DNA of 64,000 nucleotides. Origin: an uncultured delta proteobacterium. GTDB taxonomy: Bacteria > Desulfobacterota > Binatia > DP-6. The notes under the pieces are model-generated. The model was not told the origin of the DNA, made no database searches, and saw only the letters and a program-made list of their open reading frames with translations. Shown one piece after another: positions 18,901 to 27,400 of the stretch (its first letter is position 1; each line of letters begins with the position of its first letter). The stretch is taken from the NCBI GenBank assembly GCA_963815115.1, contig CAWFFN010000009.1, positions 128,001 to 192,000 of the forward strand, written 5' to 3'. The position numbers and the translations under genes are program-made.

Positions 18901-21090
18901 ATGTGGAGTAGAGGGCGGGCGATCCTCGCGCTGGTCGTGGTCCTGCTGCCGTCAGCCACCCGGGCGCAACCCCTGGTGACCGCAAGCGGTGCCATCATCG
19001 TCGACGCTCCCAGCGGTTCGGTGATCTGGGAGCAGGGTGCCGACCTGCCGCTCGCCCCGGCGAGCACCACGAAGGTCCTGACGGCCATCGTCGCGTTGCA
19101 GAGCGGCCGCCTCGACCAGCGCTTCCTGGTGACCGGCAACGCCTCCGGGGTGGAGCCCACGAAGATCGGGCTGCGACCCGGTCAGGAGGTGGAGCTGCAC
19201 GACCTGCTCTACGCGGTGCTGCTCCGGTCGGCGAACGATGCCGCCGTGGTCGTCGCCGAAGGAGTGGGAGGCTCCGTCGAATCCTTCGCCGTCCGCATGA
19301 ACGAGAAGGCGCGAGCGATCGGTGCGACCCGGTCGAACTTCGTGAACCCGCATGGGCTCACCGAGCCGGGCCACTACACCACCGCGCGCGACCTGGCCAC
19401 CATCTTCCGCTACGGCCTGCGGGTGCCGTTGTTCCGCGACATCCTCAGCACGCCCACGGCGGAGGTCGCCATCGACGGCCCGGAGGGACGGGTCGCCATG
19501 GTGCGCTCGCACAACCGGTTGCTGAACGCGCCCGAGTACCAGGTCATCGGCAAGACGGGCTACACGAGAGCCGCCCGGCGTTGCTTCGTGGGGGCGGCGG
19601 GCCTGGGCTCACGCGAGGTCGTGATCGCCATCCTGGGGTCGACCGATCTCTGGGGCGATGCGCGCCGCATGCTCGACTACGGACTCACCGAGCCGGAGAG
19701 GCCCGTGCTGCTGGCCTCGGCCTCCGGGCTGCCCAGAGCCGTCGTGCTCGAGCCGCGCCTGGCGCCTCCTCCGGCCGAGGCCGCGGAGCGCGTCCCGCCG
19801 CCGCCGCCCGCGCAGGCGGTGGCCTACGTTCCGCCACCGCCTCCTCCCGACGAGAAGCGCACCCCGCCGCCTCCGCCGGCGGCTGCGCAGGCCGCGGCGT
19901 ACGTTCCGCCGCCTTCACCGCCGCCCGCACCGACCGTCGTGGCGCGCGCCGAGCCCGAGACGGCCCCCTCTTCGGCGCCGGCGGAGGAGCCGCGCCGGGT
20001 CGCAGCAGAAACGCCGCGCGACGTCCGCGAAGACGGTGAGGGCGACAGGCCGAGCACGCGTTCGGTCCAGTCGGGACGTGCGGCCGACTCCGGCGCTCGC
20101 GGGCAGGAGATCTACGATCAGGAGATCGGCGACGGAGCACCGGCGCGCAACGAGGCTGCGATCGAGTACGCGCGCCGGCGCGCGCGATCCATGTGGGCCG
20201 ATCCACCCGACGCTCCGGCGGCCGACGGCGTAGCGGGTGCTGGTGCCGGGGCTGCGGCCGCCGCGGCTGCGGCGGCGCCCGCACCCGCCGCGGCGGTGCC
20301 CGCGCGTGCCGAAACCGCTCCCGCAGCCGATGCGGCGCCGGTCCGCGCCGCGGCCGTCGCTCCGGGGCGTGCCCCGCGCCGGGACGCCGGCGACGACGAG
20401 GATTCGCCGCGCAAGCAGACCGTCCGCGAGCAGCAGCCGTCGCGCGCGGCGGTCGCCGCGAAGGGCCGGGCGGCGCGGCAGGTCGCCCGCGACGAGGACG
20501 AGGATGACGACAGGCCGGCGCGCGGCATGGCCAAGGAGAAGGGACGCCGGGGAGCGGCTGTCGCCCGTGCCGATGCCCGGCGGGGCGCCCGCGTCGCGGA
20601 CGACGACGATGATGCCGACGAGTCTCCCCGGCGGGGCCGGAAGAATGCCGACGATGACGGGCGGAAGGCGCCGGGCGCGACGCGCGTCGCCGGTGCAAAG
20701 GACCGTGACGGCAAGGCGTCGCGCGGCGGCCGTGACGACCGGCGCGAGCCCGCCGTCGTGACGCGCGTCGCCGCCGTCGAGCCGCGTGGCTCGGCAACGT
20801 CGGGTCGCGCGAGCGAGAAGGCGGGCAGGCGCTCCGGCCGCGGCGCGGCCGAGACCGTCGGCGATCCCAGGCTGCCGCCGCCCGGCCGCTTCACGGTGCA
20901 GGTCGGCCCCTATCGAGACCGCAAGTCGGTCGAGGTGGCGCGCGCCGATCTTTCTCGTCGAGGCTACGAGGCCCGCGTCGTGGGCCAGAGCCTCCAGCTG
21001 GGCAACTTCACCCAGAAGGGTCTGGCGGAGCGGCTCGCGAGCCGGCTGCGCGTCACCGGCCACCCTGCGACGAGCGCGACCGTGCGCTGA
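18901..21090 (+). CDS. D-alanyl-D-alanine carboxypeptidase (peptidase S11) with long low-complexity linker and C-terminal SPOR-like domain
   Basis: Signal peptide; STTK, SAN and KTG motifs; Pro/Ala- and Asp/Arg-rich linker; FTVQVGPY...LQLGNF C-terminus. Confidence 0.85.
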   Translation: MWSRGRAILALVVVLLPSATRAQPLVTASGAIIVDAPSGSVIWEQGADLPLAPASTTKVLTAIVALQSGRLDQRFLVTGNASGVEPTKIGLRPGQEVELHDLLYAVLLRSANDAAVVVAEGVGGSVESFAVRMNEKARAIGATRSNFVNPHGLTEPGHYTTARDLATIFRYGLRVPLFRDILSTPTAEVAIDGPEGRVAMVRSHNRLLNAPEYQVIGKTGYTRAARRCFVGAAGLGSREVVIAILGSTDLWGDARRMLDYGLTEPERPVLLASASGLPRAVVLEPRLAPPPAEAAERVPPPPPAQAVAYVPPPPPPDEKRTPPPPPAAAQAAAYVPPPSPPPAPTVVARAEPETAPSSAPAEEPRRVAAETPRDVREDGEGDRPSTRSVQSGRAADSGARGQEIYDQEIGDGAPARNEAAIEYARRRARSMWADPPDAPAADGVAGAGAGAAAAAAAAAPAPAAAVPARAETAPAADAAPVRAAAVAPGRAPRRDAGDDEDSPRKQTVREQQPSRAAVAAKGRAARQVARDEDEDDDRPARGMAKEKGRRGAAVARADARRGARVADDDDDADESPRRGRKNADDDGRKAPGATRVAGAKDRDGKASRGGRDDRREPAVVTRVAAVEPRGSATSGRASEKAGRRSGRGAAETVGDPRLPPPGRFTVQVGPYRDRKSVEVARADLSRRGYEARVVGQSLQLGNFTQKGLAERLASRLRVTGHPATSATVR

Positions 21091-22206
21091 CCGGCTGGGG
21101 CGGCTGGAAGGACAGGCGGCGCCGGCTGCGGGTGTCGTGGCGCTCGAGCGCGAGCGCTACGAGGCGCTCGACGAGCGCGGATAGCGGCACGCCGCTCGCC
21201 TCCCACAGACGCGGATACTGGCTCACGCGGGTGAAGCCGGGCATGGTGTTGATCTCGTTGACCAGCACCCGGCCCGTGCCGCGCTCGAGGAAGAAATCGA
21301 CACGCGCGAGTCCCGAGCAGTCGACGGCGTGGAACGCACGCAGGGCGAGCTCGCGCATGGCGTCGGCGGTGTCGGCGTCCAGCTCGGCCGGGATCACGAT
21401 GCGCGCGCCGTCCTCGACGTACTTGTCGGCGTAGTCGTAGAACTCGTGCGACGGCATCAGCTCGCCCACCACGGAGGCTTCGGCGTGCTCGTTGCCGAGG
21501 ACGCCGCATTCGAACTCCCGCGCGTCGATGGCCTCCTCGACGATCACCCGTGGATCGTAGGCCGCCGCCTCGGCGAGCGCGGCGGCGAGCTCGGCCGCCC
21601 GCTTCACCTTCGTGATGCCGACCGACGAGCCGAGGTTGCATGGCTTCACGAAGCACGGGAAGCCGAGCGCGTCGTCCACCCGTGCCCGGACCTCGTCCGC
21701 GGCGCCAGCGCCTGGCCGGACGACGATCCACCGGGCCACCGGGATGCCGGCGTCGCGGAACACCGCCTTCATGACCGCCTTGTCCATGCCCACCGCGGAC
21801 GCGAGGACGCCCGCGCCGACGTAGGGCACGCCGGCCAGGTCGAGCAGATCCCTGCATCGTGCCGTCCTCGCCGTAGGTGCCGTGGAGCACCGGGAAGACG
21901 ACGTCGAGCGCCGCGCGCCGCCACGCCGCCGGCAGCCGGGACGAGCGCGCCGCCCGACGGGACCGGCGGCAGCATGACCTCGACGCCGTGCTCGGGGACG
22001 GGTGCGAGCGTGCGCTGCGCTTCCTCGAGCAGGCGCAGGCTGTCGGGTCCGGTGAGCCAGCGTCCGTCCTTGGTGATGGCGATGGGCACCACCTCGTAGC
22101 GGGCGGGATCGAACGCGCCGATCACCGTCGCGGCGGAGCGCAGCGACACCTCGTGCTCGCCCGACCTGCCGCCGTACACCACGCCGACCCGCACCCGCCG
22201 CGTCAT
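21053..22206 (-). CDS. ddl: D-alanine--D-alanine ligase; two frameshifts near 21850 and 21915
   Basis: [31 protein letters not shown] and NEINTMPG spread across three frames. Confidence 0.9.
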
Positions 22207-22252
22207 GGGTCGCTTCTGGCACCGCGCCCCGGCGTTGACAAGGTGGCGGGGC

Positions 22253-22667
22253 TCACGCGGAGATGTGCCGCGGGTCGATCGGCTGCCCGTACGAGAACTC
22301 GACCTGGTTCCCGTCCGGATCGCTGACGATGCAGAAGTAGCCCACGACCGGACCGGCATACACCGGAGGAACGACGAGGATGCCGGCGGTCCGTCCCGCT
22401 TCGGCGGCGGCGTCGACCTCCTCGCGCGAGGTGACCGCGAAGCCGAGATGCTGCAGGGTCGAGGGCGCGGGCGGCGGATCGCCGTGGATCTCGAACAGCA
22501 CGAGCACGAAGTCCGGAGCCTCGGCGCGCTCGCTCAGCCAGACGACGCGCACGTCGCCGTCGTGGCGGTCGTGCACGACGTGCAGCCCGACGTGGCGGCG
22601 GTAGAAATCGATCGTTCTTCTCGAGGTCGCGCACCCCGAGCGCGAGATGCGTCAGGACCGGTTTCAC
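22253..22667 (-). CDS. VOC/glyoxalase family protein; frameshift near 22615
   Basis: [18 protein letters not shown] and [10 protein letters not shown]. Confidence 0.8.
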
Positions 22668-23632
22668 GGCAGATGCTCCGCCACGCGGGTTGCGATCACC
22701 TCGGCGAGGATGCGCCGCAGCTCGGGCAGCTCGCAGCCCGCGGCCGCGGCGTGGCCACCGCCGCCGAGCGCCTCGGCGACCTTGGAGAGGTCGACGTCGC
22801 AGTCGGGCGATCGTCGCAGGCTGACCGCCAGACCGGTGACGTCGTAGAGGGCGAAGACCGCGCCGGGGGTCTGCTTGCCCCAGGCATCGGCGATCTCGCT
22901 CGGGTGTCCGGCGCAGACGGCGGCCACCACCTGCACACCCGCTGCCGTGTGCTCGACGCGGCTCGCCTCGGCGACCGCGAAGCTGCGGGCGATCTCCTCG
23001 CCGACGCGCGCCGCGGGCAACCGCCATGCGCGGCGTGTAGGTGACGTGCTCGTCGAGGGCGAGGAAATCCTCGTACGCGTCGGGGCCGAGCGCCCGCACC
23101 ACCCAGGCCAGCTCGCGGGAACCCGGCACCCGGTGCAGCCAGCGGTCGTTGTCGTCCGCCATGGCCACGACGGGCGCGAAGGCAGCGAACGCGGGCACCG
23201 CGACGGCCGTCGCGAGCGAGCCGCGCCGGCCAGGTACTCGTAGGTGAGACGGGAGGCCGCGTACTCCTCGCTCAGCACGGTGTCGGTGAAGGGGACGTCG
23301 ACGCGGCCGGCGCGCACGCGCTCGAGCGCCGTGCGATGATGATCGATCCAGTAGATGCGAACGCCGCCCTGGCGCGCGAGCTCCCGCAGGTGCTGCTCGG
23401 TGGCCGGCTCGCGCCAGGAGATGTCGGTGATCCAGAGCTCGTGGTCCCCGCCCGGATCGAAGCGCAGCCCCTGCAGCACGGCGTCGATCTCGCTGTTGCT
23501 CGCGAAGCGTGCGTCGACGTCGGCCCGGTCGCCGTAGAAGCGCGCCACGGCGACCGCCGCCGTCACTCCGTCGAGGCAGGTGGGGCCGTGGCTGACGATG
23601 TGCACCTGCGTTCGCATGGCGAGCGGGATCAT
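22664..23632 (-). CDS. DHH/DHHA1 family phosphoesterase; internal compensating frameshifts
   Basis: H...DG, ITD, WIDHH and GGGGHAAAAG; the middle part (MADDNDRW...) lies in another frame. Confidence 0.82.
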   Translation of the reverse strand: MIPLAMRTQVHIVSHGPTCLDGVTAAVAVARFYGDRADVDARFASNSEIDAVLQGLRFDPGGDHELWITDISWREPATEQHLRELARQGGVRIYWIDHHRTALERVRAGRVDVPFTDTVLSEEYAASRLTYEYLAGAARSRRPSRCPRSLPSRPSWPWRTTTTAGCTGCRVPASWPGWCGRSAPTRTRISSPSTSTSPTRRAWRLPAARVGEEIARSFAVAEASRVEHTAAGVQVVAAVCAGHPSEIADAWGKQTPGAVFALYDVTGLAVSLRRSPDCDVDLSKVAEALGGGGHAAAAGCELPELRRILAEVIATRVAEHLP

Positions 23633-23653
23633 GGCAGATCGCTCCCGGGGCGG

Positions 23654-24197
23654 CTACCGCTGCGCGCGTCCGAGGGGAAGCTCGCCGACGTCGTAGATCA
23701 TGCGACCGCCGTCGACGCGCGCGAGGCGGCCGAGCGCGTGCGGTCTCGGCGCGCCAGGCCCGAGGATGTGCAGCACGGTGACCCCGCGCACCACGAGCGC
23801 ATCGGCGATGAGCTGGCGGTGGCAGCGCCACGGCACCGCCTCGGCGCAGAGAATCGCGGTGGGTCCGCGCCGACGCGAGCCGGAGCAGCGTGTCCAGGCC
23901 GGAACGGAACTCCTCCGTACCCATGTGATCGGCGTAGGCACGGAAGGCGGGCTCGCGCCACGCCACGTGAGGCGAATCGGGCCGGGGAACACGCCGGCCG
24001 CCGAGCGCCGGCAGCCACTCGTAGCCGACCCCCGCGGCGGCGAGCGTCTCCGCCAGCGCCTCGCGCCCGAACTGCGGGTGGCGGCGCGAGGCGGGAAAGC
24101 GGCGGACGTCGGCGATGCCCGCGATCCCGTGCGTCCGAAGCAGTGCCAGCACCTCCTCGGCGGTGCGTGTCGAGTGCCCGAGGGTGTAGACGGTCAC
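23654..24197 (-). CDS. DUF488 family protein; frameshift near 23870
   Basis: YTLGHSTR, DVRRFPASRR, LGGRR and LCAEAVPWRCHR. Confidence 0.85.
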
Positions 24198-24222
24198 GGG
24201 CCGAGTGTAGCAGAACCCGGGC

Positions 24223-25005
24223 ATGCGCTGGCTCGCCCGGGGCACCGGGCTCGTCCTCCTGATGGCGATCGTGCCCGCCTGCACCCCCGCGCGCTACGTC
24301 GTCGAGCGCCCGGGGCTGGATTGCGAGCGTGCCGTGCGCGTCGCGCGCCGGACCCTCGTCGACATGGGCTACACGATCACCGACATGGTCCAGCCGAAGG
24401 GCGGGACGTCCGGCTTCGTCACCGGCACGAAGCGGACGCCGGACGGACAGACCGCGAAGGGATCCGCGAGCATCAGGTGCTCGGCGACCGGGGCGGAGGT
24501 CCGACCGATCGAGGGTTCGCTCCTGTCGGGCTTCGAGTTCAGCCGACGCTTCGACTACGGCTTCACGTCCCTCGTGCAGCGTCCCGACGTCGAGACGCCG
24601 CGGGTCGAATCCGGCGTCCAGGTGCTGGTGCAGGTGGTGGACGTCTACCAGTCCCGGCTCGATCTCGGGGGCGAGGCCGTCCGCGGCGGCAACGTCCTCA
24701 TCCGCCTCACCGTGCGCAACGGCACCGATCGCGCCGTGGCCGTCGCCAAGGAACGGCTGACCCTGGTCACGGCCGACGGAACGTCGGCCCAGGCCCTCGG
24801 CGGCCCGGCGCTGGACGCGGCGTTCGCCGCCGGCCCGGCCGCCGATCGGGTGCGCCACGAGCTGCTCGGGAAGCTCGAGGTGGCGGCGCGCACCACGTCG
24901 TTCCGCTTCCTGGTGTATCCTTCCGGCGTCTACCGCGAGGCGCGCATCGCGGTCGAGGACGTCGAGACCGGTGAGAGCGACGGCTTCGTGACGGCCGTGG
25001 AGTGA
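24223..25005 (+). CDS. Hypothetical lipoprotein
   Basis: Signal peptide ending IVPAC; GC-biased codon usage. Confidence 0.65.
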   Translation: MRWLARGTGLVLLMAIVPACTPARYVVERPGLDCERAVRVARRTLVDMGYTITDMVQPKGGTSGFVTGTKRTPDGQTAKGSASIRCSATGAEVRPIEGSLLSGFEFSRRFDYGFTSLVQRPDVETPRVESGVQVLVQVVDVYQSRLDLGGEAVRGGNVLIRLTVRNGTDRAVAVAKERLTLVTADGTSAQALGGPALDAAFAAGPAADRVRHELLGKLEVAARTTSFRFLVYPSGVYREARIAVEDVETGESDGFVTAVE

Positions 25006-25006
25006 T

Positions 25007-25342
25007 TCACTCGGGCGTCAGGCGGAGACCAGCCGCTTCGAATCGCCTGAAGTCGGCCCTGTTGGAAGTCGCGAGCGCGGCTCCCGCTCGGATGGCCACG
25101 GCGGCGATCATGCAGTCGGTCAGGGTGCCGCGACGTCGACCGGTCAGGTTGCAAAGTCGGGCGGTTGTCGCGGCATCCTCTGCAAGAAACGGGTCCGGGT
25201 CCTGCACGACCCGAGCGGCGAGCTGGAGCAAGGCGCCGTCGACTGGACCGCAAAGGAACTCGGCCCAGCCCACCGCACTGACGCCGACCGCCTGCTCATC
25301 GTGTAGCGCGCGAATGAGGAAGCTGGTGTCGAGATGGATCAC
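25007..25342 (-). CDS. PIN domain (VapC-like) toxin
   Basis: IHLDTSFLI, AEFLCG, DCMIAAVA and LATSNRADF acidic tetrad. Confidence 0.85.
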   Translation of the reverse strand: MIHLDTSFLIRALHDEQAVGVSAVGWAEFLCGPVDGALLQLAARVVQDPDPFLAEDAATTARLCNLTGRRRGTLTDCMIAAVAIRAGAALATSNRADFRRFEAAGLRLTPE

Positions 25343-25623
25343 CGCGCGCGCTGCTCGCGACGCGCGGAGGCCGTCCGCCGCTCTCGGCGAACATCGCCGG
25401 CCCAGGCACGTGCGCGTGCAGAGGTCAGGTCGAGCGCTCGCTGAAGTGCCTCCAGCGCCGAGAGGGCGTCGGGTCGCTCAGACGCGGCACCCTCCGCCGC
25501 TACACGGATCGCGCGGCGAAGCGCCTCCGACTTCGACACCCTCCACCGGCGCGCCATTCGCTCCAGCGTGCGCACCGTGTCGACGTCAAGGGCATAGGTG
25601 GCCTTGATGCTCGGGGTGGCCAT
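25339..25623 (-). CDS. Ribbon-helix-helix (CopG/VapB-like) antitoxin
   Basis: KATYALD...LERMARRWRVSKSEALRRAI; overlaps the toxin start. Confidence 0.8.
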   Translation of the reverse strand: MATPSIKATYALDVDTVRTLERMARRWRVSKSEALRRAIRVAAEGAASERPDALSALEALQRALDLTSARARAWAGDVRRERRTASARREQRAR

Positions 25624-25641
25624 ACTCCCAGAGTATGGCCA
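25617..25641. promoter_or_regulatory. Perfect 11-bp inverted repeat over the antitoxin start codon (TA operator)
   Basis: TGGCCATACTC-CCA-GAGTATGGCCA. Confidence 0.65.
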
Positions 25642-25747
25642 TACCCACAGAAGCTCGGCAAGCGGCGAGCCGAATTCCCTGGCCGTGGGGCGCGCGATGC
25701 GCTGCGTCGGATGACCTTCGTGCGCTGGTGTGCTAGGCACCACCGCG

Positions 25748-26723
25748 ATGCGGGTGGCGGCGGGCTGGCGGCAGGACGCGGACGTCTCCCTGTACCAGGG
25801 AGACACGCTCGATCTGCTGCGCGAGCTGCCGGACGAGTCGGCCCAGCTCGTGATCACGTCGCCTCCCTACAACCTCGCCAAGGCGTACGAGCGCGGCCGG
25901 CGCCTGGCGCTCGACGAGTACCTGGCCGCACAGGCGCAGGTCATCGAGCAGTGCGTTCGCATCCTGCGTCGCGGTGGCAGCATCTGCTGGCAGGTCGGCA
26001 ACCACGTGACCGCGGACGAGATCGTTCCGCTCGACGTGATGCTCTACCCGCTCTTCAAGCGGCACCCCGATCTCCTGCTGCGCAACCGCGTGATCTGGCA
26101 CTTCGAGCACGGCCTGCACTGCACCAGGCGCCTCTCCGGCCGGTACGAGGTGATCCTCTGGTTCACCAGAGGCCCGGAGTACCGCTTCGACGTCGACCCG
26201 ATTCGGGTGCCCCAGAAGTATCCCGGCAAGCGCGCGTGGAAGGGTCCGACGCGCCGGCGAGTACACCGGCAACCCGCGCGGGAAGAATCCCGGCGACGTG
26301 TGGATCTTCCCCAACGTCAAGGCGAACCACGTCGAGAAGACCATCCACCCCTGCCAATTCCCCATCGAGCTGGTGGAGCGCTTCGTGCTCGCGACCACCG
26401 TTCCGGGCGATCTCGTGGTCGATCCCTACATGGGCGTCGGGACGACCGCCTGTGCCGCGGTGCTGAACGGCCGCCGCGCCGCCGGCGCGGAGATCGTCCC
26501 GCAGTACGTCGCGATCGCCCGCGAGCGGCTCGCGATGGCGGCGGCCGGACGTCTGGGAACGCGCCCCATGACACGGCCCGTTCACCAGCCGGATCCCCGC
26601 TCGGCACTGACGCGGCGTGACGAGTCCAGCGGTACGCGCAGCGGACGCATACGCCCGCGGCCCCGGGCGCAAGGGCTGCGGATCGTCGCGCGCGCCGCGG
26701 CCAGCGAGCCGCCGGCGGGCTGA
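25748..26723 (+). CDS. Site-specific DNA methyltransferase (N4-C/N6-A, beta class); frameshift near 26250
   Basis: Motif IV TSPPYN precedes HPCQFP and motif I VDPYMGVGTT. Confidence 0.88.
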
Positions 26724-26743
26724 CGGGCCGGCCAGAGTCGCCG

Positions 26744-26765
26744 ATGCCATATTGTAGTATGGCAT
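26744..26765. promoter_or_regulatory. Inverted repeat upstream of the second vapBC (TA operator/promoter)
   Basis: ATGCCATA-TTGTAG-TATGGCAT in an AT-rich patch containing a TAGTAT -10-like hexamer. Confidence 0.6.
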
Positions 26766-26786
26766 TACGGCTGGTAGATTGGATGG

Positions 26787-26993
26787 ATGGGCGCGGCGCG
26801 GAAGATCACGGTCCAGCTTCCGGCCGACCTGCTCGCGAAAGCGCAGCGGTCGAGCGGCCAGAACCTGACGGCCACGATTCGCCGTGGGCTCGAGCTGGTG
26901 GCGGCCGGGGGCGCCTACGACCAGCTGCGGGGCATGCGGGGCAGGGTCTCGTTCTCGATCGACTGGCGCAAGCTTCGCGAAGATCGGCGATGA
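26787..26993 (+). CDS. Antitoxin (VapB-like)
   Basis: 68 aa, KITVQLPADLL..., ends LREDRR; ATGA overlap with the PIN gene. Confidence 0.75.
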   Translation: MGAARKITVQLPADLLAKAQRSSGQNLTATIRRGLELVAAGGAYDQLRGMRGRVSFSIDWRKLREDRR

Positions 26994-27385
26994 TCGCCGT
27001 CGACACGAGCTCCTGGATCGCCTTCCTCGGAGGTGCGACCGGCGACGATGCCGACCTCGTGGCCCAGGCGCTGGCGGACCGCCAGGTGTGTCTCCCTCCC
27101 GTCGTGCTGACGGAGCTCCTGAGCGACCCGAGGCTCCCGGAGCGCGTGGCGGACATGCTGGCACAGCTGCCGCGGCTCGAGGTGCTCGAGGGGTACTGGG
27201 AGCGAGCGGGCTCCCTGCGAGCCAAGGTCCTCGGCTCGAGGCGTCGAGCACGGCTGGCCGACACCCTGATCGCGCAGAGCTGCCTCGATCACGACGTGGC
27301 TCTCGTGACACGAGACGACGACTTCTGGCACTTCACGCGGGCCGGAGGGTTGCGACTGTTCGGGGCCCGGCGCCGCGCCTCTTGA
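26990..27385 (+). CDS. PIN domain (VapC-like) toxin
   Basis: IAVDTSSWI, VLTELLS, ADTLIAQ and LVTRDDDF. Confidence 0.88.
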   Translation: MIAVDTSSWIAFLGGATGDDADLVAQALADRQVCLPPVVLTELLSDPRLPERVADMLAQLPRLEVLEGYWERAGSLRAKVLGSRRRARLADTLIAQSCLDHDVALVTRDDDFWHFTRAGGLRLFGARRRAS

Positions 27386-27400
27386 TCTGCCAAACCTTCC

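Noticed and set aside
19760-20720. Repetitive GC-rich DNA as a possible CRISPR or tandem-repeat array
   Set aside because: It encodes the low-complexity linker of the carboxypeptidase; there are no constant-length repeats with spacers and no cas genes.
21840-21920. Programmed frameshifting in ddl and the other broken genes
   Set aside because: No slippery heptamers or homopolymer tracts at the breaks; multiple clustered indels fit sequencing error better.
25007-27385. TA-MTase islet as a mobile element
   Set aside because: No transposase or integrase, and no terminal repeats or target duplication found by eye.
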